Program-made: the position numbers and the translations under genes
The notes under the pieces: model-generated
Database searches by the model: none
What the model was told of the DNA's origin: nothing
What the model saw: only the letters and a program-made list of their open reading frames with translations
Part shown: one piece after another, positions 46,430-54,958 of the stretch
Layout: every line of letters begins with the position of its first letter
How positions within the stretch are numbered: the first letter of the stretch is position 1
Assembly (NCBI GenBank): GCA_023229825.1
Contig: JALNYN010000006.1
Coordinates: forward strand, 255 to 64,254
Source: Minisyncoccota bacterium
Lineage (GTDB): Bacteria; Patescibacteriota; Minisyncoccia; Phycocordibacterales; CAIJYI01
Direction: 5' to 3'
DNA: 64,000 nt

Positions 46430-46864
46430 TTATTTGTTCTTTTTACCCAAACCGGCATTCTTTGGCGAGCCGTCTTTGCTTTTTGTGCTGGTACCCGCCA
46501 GGTGATTGGTGGCCTCATGGCTTTTTTGCTTCAAAGCTTTTTTGTGTGCGGCTTTTTTGGCTTGCATGGTCCTGTCGCCATTATCTTTTTTGGTTTTACC
46601 TTCCCTCACCCTTGAAGAGATTTCTTTTTTCTCTTCCAGCATGACTTTAACAGTAAGGTTTTCGTGGCCATTTTTGGTCAGCGTGTATTCCAAAAATTTG
46701 ATCCCTGAAAGCGTTTTCCTTTCGGATAGCTCTTCGATGCGATAGCCCGCCTCTTTAGCATCTCTCAATTTCCGCTTACCCGACTCAACCGCAGGGTTAA
46801 CCGGTTTTTGATGATGCTCGCCGCCTCGTTGGTGTCTTTCGTGTCTTCTTTGTAACATGATCAC
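46430..46864 (-). CDS. hypothetical basic Lys-rich protein
   Basis: 144 aa; C-terminal KKAAHKKALKQKSHEA...KNAGLGKKNK tail; His-rich N-terminus. Confidence 0.4.
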   Translation of the reverse strand: MIMLQRRHERHQRGGEHHQKPVNPAVESGKRKLRDAKEAGYRIEELSERKTLSGIKFLEYTLTKNGHENLTVKVMLEEKKEISSRVREGKTKKDNGDRTMQAKKAAHKKALKQKSHEATNHLAGTSTKSKDGSPKNAGLGKKNK

Positions 46865-47009
46865 AACTCCTATCGGTTTGATTTGATCGATGTGAAATTA
46901 CATCTTTTCTTACCATATCATAACCGTCATATTTGTCAAGAACATTTTTGGATTTTCGATCAAAGCAAAAAAAAACGCCCCTTGGGACGTTTTTTACCGG
47001 CGATCGGGA

Positions 47010-47753
47010 TTAGTAGTTAATAAGATATTTAATGGATGCCCTTGTTTTCAGATCTTCCACATATTTTTGAGCTGCGCGGCTGAATTTGTCCTGTTCCATT
47101 TGCTTTTTTATTTGCTCTTGGGTGGTCGCCTCCTGACCCGCCGGAATCGTGATCTTGTTGGCGGCGATGTATGCGGTCACCTCTGCGTCGGTCACGGCCG
47201 TACTGCTGGACGAGACTAATTTTTCTACCTGCTTTTGAAGAAGGATCTGTTCTTCGAGCGTCGCCCGGCTCATTCCTTGAGCGAGAAGGGCCTGATCAAG
47301 GGTGGTATTCTGTCCTTTGAGCTGCGCTTCGAGTTTTGTTATTTCTGCCGAAATATCAGCAGGTGTTACCCTGACCTTTTTTTTCATCGCTTCGCTTCTG
47401 ATAAGTTGTTTTACGATCAAATTTTCCAATATCGCTTTTCCGTCCTGTTTCTCAGCCTGTTGCATCACGGCAAATCGAGAGATGGGGGTTCCGTTCACTG
47501 TCGCAGCAATAAAAGATCCGCGATAATAAAAACCGAGCGCAGCAAGAATAATAAGCGCAGCAACGACGATCGCTGTTTTTGTGTCGATCTTCAAAGTGAC
47601 GGCTTTCTCTTTAGGCTCTTTCGAGTTCTCCTCGACGACCGTATGCTCAACATCTATAGGTTTGGTTTCTTCAACTTTTTTTTCTTCATGCATATATATT
47701 GTGTATATCTCGTAATTTGTAAAAAAGGAGGAGACAACTCCTTGTACTTTCAT
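47010..47753 (-). CDS. membrane-anchored SurA-N-domain-like chaperone protein
   Basis: 247-aa ORF (probable start MHEEKK ~47692); TM IVVAALIILAALGFYY then ATVNGTPISRFAVMQQ...LIVKQLIRSEAMKK resembles SurA/PrsA N-terminal chaperone domain. Confidence 0.5.
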   Translation of the reverse strand: MKVQGVVSSFFTNYEIYTIYMHEEKKVEETKPIDVEHTVVEENSKEPKEKAVTLKIDTKTAIVVAALIILAALGFYYRGSFIAATVNGTPISRFAVMQQAEKQDGKAILENLIVKQLIRSEAMKKKVRVTPADISAEITKLEAQLKGQNTTLDQALLAQGMSRATLEEQILLQKQVEKLVSSSSTAVTDAEVTAYIAANKITIPAGQEATTQEQIKKQMEQDKFSRAAQKYVEDLKTRASIKYLINY

Positions 47754-47851
47754 CAGTATACCACATTCTTATATTTTTCAAATAGGTTGACCGAATAACG
47801 TTCTCCCTATATGGTATAAGCAGAACATTCTTTTATAGATCGAGGTGAAAA

Positions 47852-48565
47852 ATGCGCGACCATAGCCATCACTCACTAAAAAACCATTCGCCCCCGCAAG
47901 CGGCAAAAACCGCACACGTCCGCGAACTGCGCTTGTACCTGATCGCATTCACGCTCTCACTTTTTGCCGGAGCGATAGAGATCGCCGTCCGCTATCTTCT
48001 TTCCAATTCCGTTTCTTTGTTCGGTGATGCCGCGCATGGAATAGCTGATGGATCGACGTATGGGTTGTTAGCTCTCGTACTCATCGTGAGCAAGCATTAC
48101 TCCGATATGGAACTTCCATGGACCAAAGCAGCGGTTTTTGTTTCTTTCCTCTTGCTTTTTTTTGGAGATTATCTGGTTTTCTCCGAAGCGATCGAACGAT
48201 TTTTCGACCCGCAAGAAGTGCTCGGATGGTGGACCTGTTTAACGGCGGGAATAAGTTTGGTTTTAAACGGAATTGTCGTCCTCATGATGTACAAGATCCC
48301 AAAACATGAGCACAATATTCGCCACGACTCAATGCTGTTCCACGCATTATCGGATGCCTGGGTCTCAGCGGGAGTCATCGCCTCCGCAGCGATCATCGCC
48401 ATCACGAACTGGTACGCCGCCGATTGGATCATGGCTTTCATTATCGCCTTTTATCTTTTGTTTCTGCTGTGCGTTCTTGCTATACGCATCGTACGCGGAG
48501 ATTGGAAGATCGGACATGATCACGATCACAGCGAACATGAACATTCACATGAAGATCATCATTAA
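47852..48565 (+). CDS. cation diffusion facilitator (CDF)-family transporter, TMD only
   Basis: 237 aa, 6 TM; SLFGDAAHGIADG (TM2 metal site), HALSDAWVSAG (TM5), C-terminal His-rich HDHDHSEHEHSHEDHH; terminator hairpin at 48573-48601. Confidence 0.75.
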   Translation: MRDHSHHSLKNHSPPQAAKTAHVRELRLYLIAFTLSLFAGAIEIAVRYLLSNSVSLFGDAAHGIADGSTYGLLALVLIVSKHYSDMELPWTKAAVFVSFLLLFFGDYLVFSEAIERFFDPQEVLGWWTCLTAGISLVLNGIVVLMMYKIPKHEHNIRHDSMLFHALSDAWVSAGVIASAAIIAITNWYAADWIMAFIIAFYLLFLLCVLAIRIVRGDWKIGHDHDHSEHEHSHEDHH

Positions 48566-48714
48566 CGTTGTAAAAGCCGCTCTTACCGAAGCGGCTTTTT
48601 TGCGCGATAGGCGCTTTAAGTAGAGAGTGTCGTATGCCACGCATTACTTGCCTTTATGATATTTTTTGTTTAATATTGTTCCAGTCATGTTCACGATGAA
48701 AAGGAGAACACACG

Positions 48715-49212
48715 ATGCATAATATCATTCTCGCTTTAATAATAATTGGATTTCTATCTCCTACGGGCACCACGTATGCTCGTGAAAAACCCTTGATAGT
48801 CAGGCAGGAAAACTGCTCTTATGCGAAGCATAAAAGAATCTGCTATGAAACTGTCGCTCCGTGGAATACGCTAGGTATCGAAAACGACGGCACTTTCGTG
48901 ATAGCAAATGGTGCAAATAAACTTCGTCACCCTAGCAAAGACATGTTGGTGGAGATGACGCCAGCAGGAAAAAAATACCTTGCACGATACGGCTTTCCCG
49001 AATATCTACGTGATCAGCGTCTCTGGCACGGAACAGTAAAAAGTATTTTGCTGAGGTGGTCTGTTGAAACGGTCGGAGAGAATGAAATTTTCTCACCGAA
49101 ACAATACTTGATTGTTGTGGAAAACCAGGCAGGTCAAGTTATACCAAGCTCTATCAGCATTGAGCACCCCATTGGAACAGTGTTCGCAATATGGAAAGCA
49201 AAAACAGAATAA
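48715..49212 (+). CDS. hypothetical secreted protein
   Basis: 165 aa with signal peptide MHNIILALIIIGFLSPTGTTYA; terminator aaagccccg-tcgtata-cggggcttt at 49226-49252. Confidence 0.55.
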   Translation: MHNIILALIIIGFLSPTGTTYAREKPLIVRQENCSYAKHKRICYETVAPWNTLGIENDGTFVIANGANKLRHPSKDMLVEMTPAGKKYLARYGFPEYLRDQRLWHGTVKSILLRWSVETVGENEIFSPKQYLIVVENQAGQVIPSSISIEHPIGTVFAIWKAKTE

Positions 49213-49336
49213 TGTAGACATAACCAAAGCCCCGTCGTATACGGGGCTTTTTGTAACCAAAAAAATTTATCAGAAACACCGACAGGTTAGAACAGAATGT
49301 CTTTACTCTATTTTTTTGATCTACAAAAATTTCTTT

Positions 49337-49356
49337 ATGGGGTGGCCACTGGGAAT
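49337..49356. repeat. 20-bp direct repeat of the tRNA-His 3' end (TATGGGGTGGCCACTGGGAAT)
   Basis: identical to 49620-49640, which includes the last 19 nt of tRNA-His; the two copies are ~285 bp apart. Confidence 0.8.
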
Positions 49357-49580
49357 AGGTCACAAATATTTTTTGAGTTGCGACTCAAAAAATTTCGCTT
49401 TCATTACATGAACAGTAGACCTTTTCAATATTTTATTTCGCTCACTGCTCATAAAATATTAGAAGAAGGTTTTACGGAATGGGTCCCTTCCCTTTCCTCA
49501 CCCGTCTCGCCTCCCCATGTTCGGGGATGGCTCCGACTTTCAATTCCCAGACGCGAATGAAACAGTTCATCGCTTAAGCA

Positions 49581-49625
49581 CCCCATATAAAAACTCGCCT
49601 GAAAAAGGCGAGTTTTTATATGGGG
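49581..49625. terminator. perfect palindromic hairpin overlapping the CCA 3' end of tRNA-His
   Basis: ccccatataaaaactcgcc-tgaaaa-aggcgagtttttatatgggg. Confidence 0.7.
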
Positions 49626-49696
49626 TGGCCACTGGGAATTGAACCCAGATCGAAGGTTCCACAAACCTCCGTGTTAACCATTACACCATGGCCACC
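49621..49696 (-). tRNA. tRNA-His(GTG) with encoded G-1 and CCA
   Basis: minus strand g-gtggcca-tg-gtgtaatggttaacac-g-gaggt-ttGTGga-acctt-cgat-ctggg-ttcaatt-cccag-tggccac-c-cca. Confidence 0.85.
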
Positions 49697-49987
49697 ATGT
49701 TTCGATATTCGATTACACACTTATACCAGATTTTGTAAAAAAAATCCAGTGTTTTCGAATTATTGTGCCGATCTCTTTTTTTACCCCCCGGCCATAATGA
49801 TGAACGTGGTGGCAGTCACGGCATTAATGAAGACCAGTCCAAAGATAAGCAAACCCTCCGGTGAACCAAAATATTTTTTGATCATAATGAATTAATGAAT
49901 AAATTATAAGTATATTTTTATAATACGACAAAAAACCGGTCGAAGCTAACCGGTTATCCACTTTATGCTATTATTATCAAAACGGTT

Positions 49988-50815
49988 TTAGAGAACGCCG
50001 TTGCTTTCGTCCAAAAAATCGCCGAACAATTTCATCAGCCGCTTGAGTTCCTCCGATGTCGGAGGACAAACAATATCCCCCACTTTTCGTATCGGCACTA
50101 TTTTTGACGAAGTGCTCGTTAAGAAAACGCCGTCGTAGTCTTTCAAATCTTCGGGGCGGATATCTTTTTCTTCCACAGTAAAACCATTCTGCAAAGCGAC
50201 ATGAAGGACGGCTTTTCTTGTCACACCGAGCAGTATTTGCGATTCGCGCGGCGTGTAAATGGTATTTCCCTTTATCGTAAAAAAATTCGTTCGCGTTCCT
50301 TCCGTAATACAGCCGTTTCGATCGATAAGAGCAGAGTCGTAGCAATTCTTTCCGCGTGCGTCTCGGTACGAAAGATAACTCTGCAGCATATTGAGCGTTT
50401 TTGCGTGCGGGTAAAGACGTTCGTAGTACGTAACGGAAAGATCCACTCCATCGCGATACATTTTCTTGTCGGGAAAGAATGGATGAAAGCAAAGTATGGA
50501 GAGAAAAGCATCTTCTTTTTTCGGCCCGCCGATAAGGAGAACTTTCAGATTGTACGTTTTTTCGTCCGTTATTTTTACGAGATCAAGAACGGCTTTCTGT
50601 AATTTTTCACCTGAAAAATTATGCTCCAATCCGATGATGAGTGCGGAACCGAGCAGGCGTTCGATATGATGTTCCAAAAAATAGACGATCCCGTTCGAAA
50701 CCCTGATCGCTTCGTAGACTCCGAAACCATACGTGTACTCAATGCGCTCAAGAGAAACAACCGCTTGCTCAATCGGGCGTATCTCGCAATTTTTTGAATA
50801 GTATTTAAATGACAT
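49988..50815 (-). CDS. class IV PLP-dependent aminotransferase (branched-chain / D-amino-acid aminotransferase family)
   Basis: 275 aa; EGTRTNFFTIKGNTIYTP, LLGVTRKAVL, fold-type IV pattern. Confidence 0.85.
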   Translation of the reverse strand: MSFKYYSKNCEIRPIEQAVVSLERIEYTYGFGVYEAIRVSNGIVYFLEHHIERLLGSALIIGLEHNFSGEKLQKAVLDLVKITDEKTYNLKVLLIGGPKKEDAFLSILCFHPFFPDKKMYRDGVDLSVTYYERLYPHAKTLNMLQSYLSYRDARGKNCYDSALIDRNGCITEGTRTNFFTIKGNTIYTPRESQILLGVTRKAVLHVALQNGFTVEEKDIRPEDLKDYDGVFLTSTSSKIVPIRKVGDIVCPPTSEELKRLMKLFGDFLDESNGVL

Positions 50816-50912
50816 GCACGAGCTTATAGCTTATAGAAAAATAGCGACAAGTTTATCGTAGCAAAAAACGAAAAAAAATAATACCCCGCATCCGTGCGGG
50901 GTATAAGCTGCG

Positions 50913-51977
50913 TTAATACACGCGATATTTTCGGACAAACTCATTTATCTCGCTGTTATTGCACGGACGCAAGAGAGCAAAACGGATCGCCATTATGATG
51001 ACGTTGAACGGAATTTGGGTCGCAGGGGTGTTCGGAGCTGTTCGACTTCCGTTGAACAGCATACTGGCATTCTTAAAATAATACCACTCCGGAACATTTT
51101 CGAGCGTGCCCTCGCGAACGGTTTCTTCTTCGGAAAGAATGATCGCTTTTTTTGCCTGCTTCAGCTCTAACAGCCGGAGAAGTTTCGCAATGGCATCAGT
51201 GTTGATCTTAGCCTGGTTGTTCGTAAATATTTGCACCTGGCCTGTGGTCGGGCTTTTTTGAACGACCACATCCGCCTGCCCTCCTTCTTTTGAACGCAAA
51301 TATTTTGCGATGACCGGACAATCGGATTCTACTGAGTTAAAAGTAATGCCCGAAAAATTTTCAACGCAGGCGCTTTTCGCCGCTTTCGGGGCAACAACAT
51401 GGAATTCATGCTGTTCCGCCAGTTTCGCTTCGATCGCCGTGAAGTCCCACTCTATGGCAACCCAAGGGTCGTCCGGATGTTTTTCATGTATCAGCTTCAC
51501 CGTCGTATCCGGATCAACACTTCGAAGCATCGCGATATCTGCAGCCAACTTCCTGAATAATGCAGGGTTGGATTTGCGGAACGATTCCAACTCGGGAGCA
51601 TATAATTGAGTGAAAGAATTCAGGTCGGCGGCCAGCGTGTATTGGAGAATTTTTTTTAACTCGGGAAGTTTATCAACACCGAGCTTGCGAGCAACGAGCG
51701 TTGCTCCGCATTCTCCTTCCTTCCGCCCATGATTATTCGCGGTAGCATGTTCATCAAAGTCACCGCCGCCAACACCGAGAAGCAACTGCCCATTATTTTC
51801 ATACTCCTCTCGGGACATTGTAAATTGATCTTCGCGAAGAAACAACACATTTCTATCAATTATCGCTTGCCTGATCCCCGGATATTTTTCATCCCCATAA
51901 TCACGAAAGAGAAACATTTGTTTTATCTCATCATCGTGCGGTTGCGGGTGTGTGACCACCCCTTTCCAGATCTTCAT
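50913..51977 (-). CDS. hypothetical protein, possibly MYG1/UPF0160-like metal-dependent hydrolase
   Basis: 354 aa; THPQPHDDEI and LLLGVGGGDFDEHA loosely resemble MYG1 H-x-G-x-FH-x-DE and DVGG-x-YD...HH motifs; weak. Confidence 0.4.
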   Translation of the reverse strand: MKIWKGVVTHPQPHDDEIKQMFLFRDYGDEKYPGIRQAIIDRNVLFLREDQFTMSREEYENNGQLLLGVGGGDFDEHATANNHGRKEGECGATLVARKLGVDKLPELKKILQYTLAADLNSFTQLYAPELESFRKSNPALFRKLAADIAMLRSVDPDTTVKLIHEKHPDDPWVAIEWDFTAIEAKLAEQHEFHVVAPKAAKSACVENFSGITFNSVESDCPVIAKYLRSKEGGQADVVVQKSPTTGQVQIFTNNQAKINTDAIAKLLRLLELKQAKKAIILSEEETVREGTLENVPEWYYFKNASMLFNGSRTAPNTPATQIPFNVIIMAIRFALLRPCNNSEINEFVRKYRVY

Positions 51978-52197
51978 TTGAAAACCTCCTCAAAAAATCA
52001 AAAATCAGATAAAATTATCTACAACCATAATAGCATATTTACAATTTTTGTCAATTTCCGTTCGGACCAAAAAGTTCCGCAGTTCTGCGGAACTTTTTAT
52101 TTGGTGCTCGGGAGAGGAATCTTTCGCCCTACTGGCGCAGTACCCTTTTCCGATTTATTCGTTGGGGCCCCTACCCCAACTCATAAATGACGGAGAA

Positions 52198-52250
52198 AGG
52201 CTTCAAGTCCTCACGCGAGTGATTTAGGATCACTCGCTTCCTGGGCACCA
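52198..52250 (+). repeat. inverted copy of the tRNA-Leu T-arm/acceptor 3' half interrupted by a hairpin
   Basis: ggcttcaagtcctc-[acgcgagtgatttaggatcactcgct]-tcctgggcacca vs tRNA-Leu ...gaggttcaagtcctctcctgggcacca. Confidence 0.65.
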
Positions 52251-52294
52251 TTAAAAAAAGACCCGGCAAAGGGTCTTTTTTTAATGGTGCCCAG
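52240..52294. terminator. 55-bp perfect palindrome overlapping the tRNA-Leu CCA end
   Basis: cctgggcaccattaaaaaaagaccc-ggcaaa-gggtctttttttaatggtgcccagg. Confidence 0.7.
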
Positions 52295-52370
52295 GAGAGG
52301 ACTTGAACCTCCACGCCTTGCGGCATATCCACCTCAAGGATACTCGGCTACCAATTACGACACCTGGGCG
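52285..52370 (-). tRNA. tRNA-Leu(GAG), long variable arm, encoded CCA
   Basis: minus strand gcccagg-tg-...-tatcc-ttGAGgt-ggata-tgccgcaaggcgt-ggagg-ttcaagt-cctct-cctgggc-a-cca. Confidence 0.85.
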
Positions 52371-52376
52371 TTTTTG

Positions 52377-53051
52377 TCAAGTAGTTAATTTCTTTCCTAC
52401 AAGAGCCAAAGCTTTTTCCACTTTTTGCCGTTTTCGGCTCAAGCAAATAGCTTCATCTCCATTATACATACTTTTCAAAATTTTGGAAGAGTCCGCCTTG
52501 GCATACTTCAGCTGGTACACCGACGCAGTTTTACCATGGGTAATATGTCCTTGTATTTTTAAGCGTTTATATATTTCGTTCCTTAACCAATCGATATGTT
52601 TTTTACTCGCAGATACAAATATTGTATAAAACATGAAACTTGATTTCCAACGCGGATCATAATAGGAATGAAAGGAACCATCTCCATCAAACGAGCCACG
52701 TAAGAAATCAAAAAAATACTCCTCAGGAATTTGTATCTCTCCAATCGTTTTTGACTTGTTTGGAGTAAAACCAATACTCAACAGATATTCATAAAAAAGT
52801 ACATCGCAAAATTGGACGAGAAAATATTTCTTTTCGAGTGTAGCTCCGCTCGCCTTTTTCCCAAGTTTATATGTTATGTTAAGGGCTTTTCGAAAATTTT
52901 CCGCTTGTTCACGATCTTTTGAAGTAAATATGATGTGCCTGCCATCGCCAGATAAACATCCATCGCTCGCCAATAGTCCCATTGCGTACGCAAAATTCGT
53001 CGACCACTTGATCCTTACATTTCCCTTCGGCTTTGGTCCCCTATTCCCCAT
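52377..53051 (-). CDS. double-motif LAGLIDADG homing endonuclease, free-standing
   Basis: 224 aa; first motif FAYAMGLLASDGCLSGDGRHIIF, second motif FLRGSFDGDGSF; stop codon 6 bp from tRNA-Leu 5' end, 110 bp downstream of rplS. Confidence 0.85.
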   Translation of the reverse strand: MGNRGPKPKGNVRIKWSTNFAYAMGLLASDGCLSGDGRHIIFTSKDREQAENFRKALNITYKLGKKASGATLEKKYFLVQFCDVLFYEYLLSIGFTPNKSKTIGEIQIPEEYFFDFLRGSFDGDGSFHSYYDPRWKSSFMFYTIFVSASKKHIDWLRNEIYKRLKIQGHITHGKTASVYQLKYAKADSSKILKSMYNGDEAICLSRKRQKVEKALALVGKKLTT

Positions 53052-53160
53052 TTGCTTATTATATCAAAGACATTTCCCTTCCTCAAGTACATAGCGTATA
53101 CCAATTAATTTTTACAAAAACACCTCGCAAAAATTTTGCGAGGTGTTTTTTGAATATAAT

Positions 53161-53664
53161 TTATTCTTTTTCCTCCGCTTCGGCTTTTGCTTCTTCCACC
53201 TTTCCTTCTTCTTCGGCTTTGGCGTCGTCGGCGATCTCTCTTTCCTCTACATCCATGACATCTTCCTCTTCATCCGGTACGATCGCTCCGGCCATACGCT
53301 CGTTTCGCATTTTTCTGCGGACCTCGCGGGCGACTTTCTCGCGGATATAATAGAGTTTGGATCGGCGGGTTTTGGTGCGGCGGACGATCTCGATCTTGTC
53401 GAGAACGGGAGAAAAGAGCGGAAAAATTCTTTCAACACCGACTCCTCCGGTTACTTTTCGAACCGTGAAAGTGGCGCCCGGCTCCGTGCCGTGTTTTCGT
53501 GCCAGTACCAATCCTTCAAAAGCCTGAAGGCGGGTTCGGTCTTTTTTGTCTTTTCCTATTTCCTTGATCTTCACAAACACGCGAACGGTGTCGCCTGCGC
53601 GCATATCAAGTTTTTTCCTTTCGGATATCTTCACTGATGTGAAATTTTTTGCGATCTGTGCCAT
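53161..53664 (-). CDS. rplS: 50S ribosomal protein L19 (bL19) with acidic C-terminal extension
   Basis: 167 aa; [39 protein letters not shown]...[43 protein letters not shown]; E/A/K-rich tail. Confidence 0.9.
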   Translation of the reverse strand: MAQIAKNFTSVKISERKKLDMRAGDTVRVFVKIKEIGKDKKDRTRLQAFEGLVLARKHGTEPGATFTVRKVTGGVGVERIFPLFSPVLDKIEIVRRTKTRRSKLYYIREKVAREVRRKMRNERMAGAIVPDEEEDVMDVEEREIADDAKAEEEGKVEEAKAEAEEKE

Positions 53665-53787
53665 GTTTTTAATATTTTTTACGGTGACACTAATGTAGCA
53701 TAAAGTTCGATTTTACGCAATAGTTTACGAGTCTGTAAGGTCTATAAAGTCTATAAAGTCACGACACAACGACGACAAGCAACGATT

Positions 53788-54552
53788 TTATTCTTTAAGA
53801 ATCTTTTCGGCATTTTTGAAATCTTGAGGCAGCGGCGCTTCGATATGCAGGACTTGATGGGAGGGAGTTACGACATCGATGGAAAACGAGTGAAGGGCGA
53901 GCCGTTTAAAACCGAGGATTTCCTTTCCTTTTGGCGCATAAAGCGTATCGTGAACGACCGGATGTCCGACGGCTTTCATGTGAACTCGAATTTGATGGGT
54001 ACGCCCCGTTTCCGGATACGCTTCGATGTAGGTCGCCTCATTCCCTCTCGCGAGCGTCTTGTAGGTGGTGACCGCTTCCCTTTTGTCTCCGCGAGCGCCG
54101 TACTCAGCCGACCATTTTCGAAAATCATTGCGGCTTCGTCCGATCGGCTTATCGATCACCTGAAGGGCCTCCTTGGCTTCGCCGAAGCCTTTGACGAAAA
54201 CGGGCTTGATGATCCCGTAGACGAAAGCGCGATAGGTTTTTTTTACTCGCCTTTCCTGAAACTGTTTTTTTAAATATTCGAAAGCTTCTGGCGTCTTGGC
54301 GATAAGAATGGCTCCCGAAGTATCCCGATCAAGACGATGGACGATCCCGGGACGCCAAATTATCTCGCCGTTCGTCGCACGCCATGGTTCACCCACTTTT
54401 TTTATATCCGGATATTTTTCCATCAGCCAGTCGGAGAGCGAGGGTTCTTTTGTTCTTCCATCGGAATGCACAATGAGCCCCGCCGGCTTATAAAGCGCGA
54501 GCAGGGTTTCATCCTCATAAAGGATCTGAATGCCGGGGATCTCTGATCTCAT
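53788..54552 (-). CDS. RluA-family pseudouridine synthase
   Basis: 254 aa; HRLDRDTSGAILIAKT catalytic Asp motif, KTYRAFVYG. Confidence 0.9.
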   Translation of the reverse strand: MRSEIPGIQILYEDETLLALYKPAGLIVHSDGRTKEPSLSDWLMEKYPDIKKVGEPWRATNGEIIWRPGIVHRLDRDTSGAILIAKTPEAFEYLKKQFQERRVKKTYRAFVYGIIKPVFVKGFGEAKEALQVIDKPIGRSRNDFRKWSAEYGARGDKREAVTTYKTLARGNEATYIEAYPETGRTHQIRVHMKAVGHPVVHDTLYAPKGKEILGFKRLALHSFSIDVVTPSHQVLHIEAPLPQDFKNAEKILKE

Positions 54553-54807
54553 ATTTTCAGCCTAACAAAAAAGGATGGTTTTATCCATCCTTAGTCTCTT
54601 CTTTGGAAAAAAGAGAGCAATAGAGCGTTCTTGAGATCAAGTCAAAAACAAGCAGCGCCTTTGCTTTCAAATCCACGGTTTCAGCACCATTAACATATGA
54701 TTTTCTTTCCATATGTGTATAATAGCATAAACGACGTAATAAGTCAAATTAAGAAAGCGGAAGTACTAAGACGCTTCCCCTTTTCTTATATTGCCGCACT
54801 TTATTTA

Positions 54808-54930
54808 GTCGCCCGGACTGGGGTTGCACCCCGGTCCGAAACCTTTGTAAGAAATCACGGTTTCTCGATAACACTAATTATGGTGAGATACACAAACGTT
54901 TCGGTTCGGGGTACAACCCCGAACCGGCGA
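54808..54930. mobile_element. MITE-like element, copy 2 (TIRs GGACTGGGGTTGCACCCCGGTCCGAAAC ... GTTTCGGTTCGGGGTACAACCCCGAACCGG)
   Basis: ~90 % identical to 37048-37172 including the AT-rich core. Confidence 0.7.
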
Positions 54931-54958
54931 CAGGGTTTGAGTATTTAACCATCCAGTT

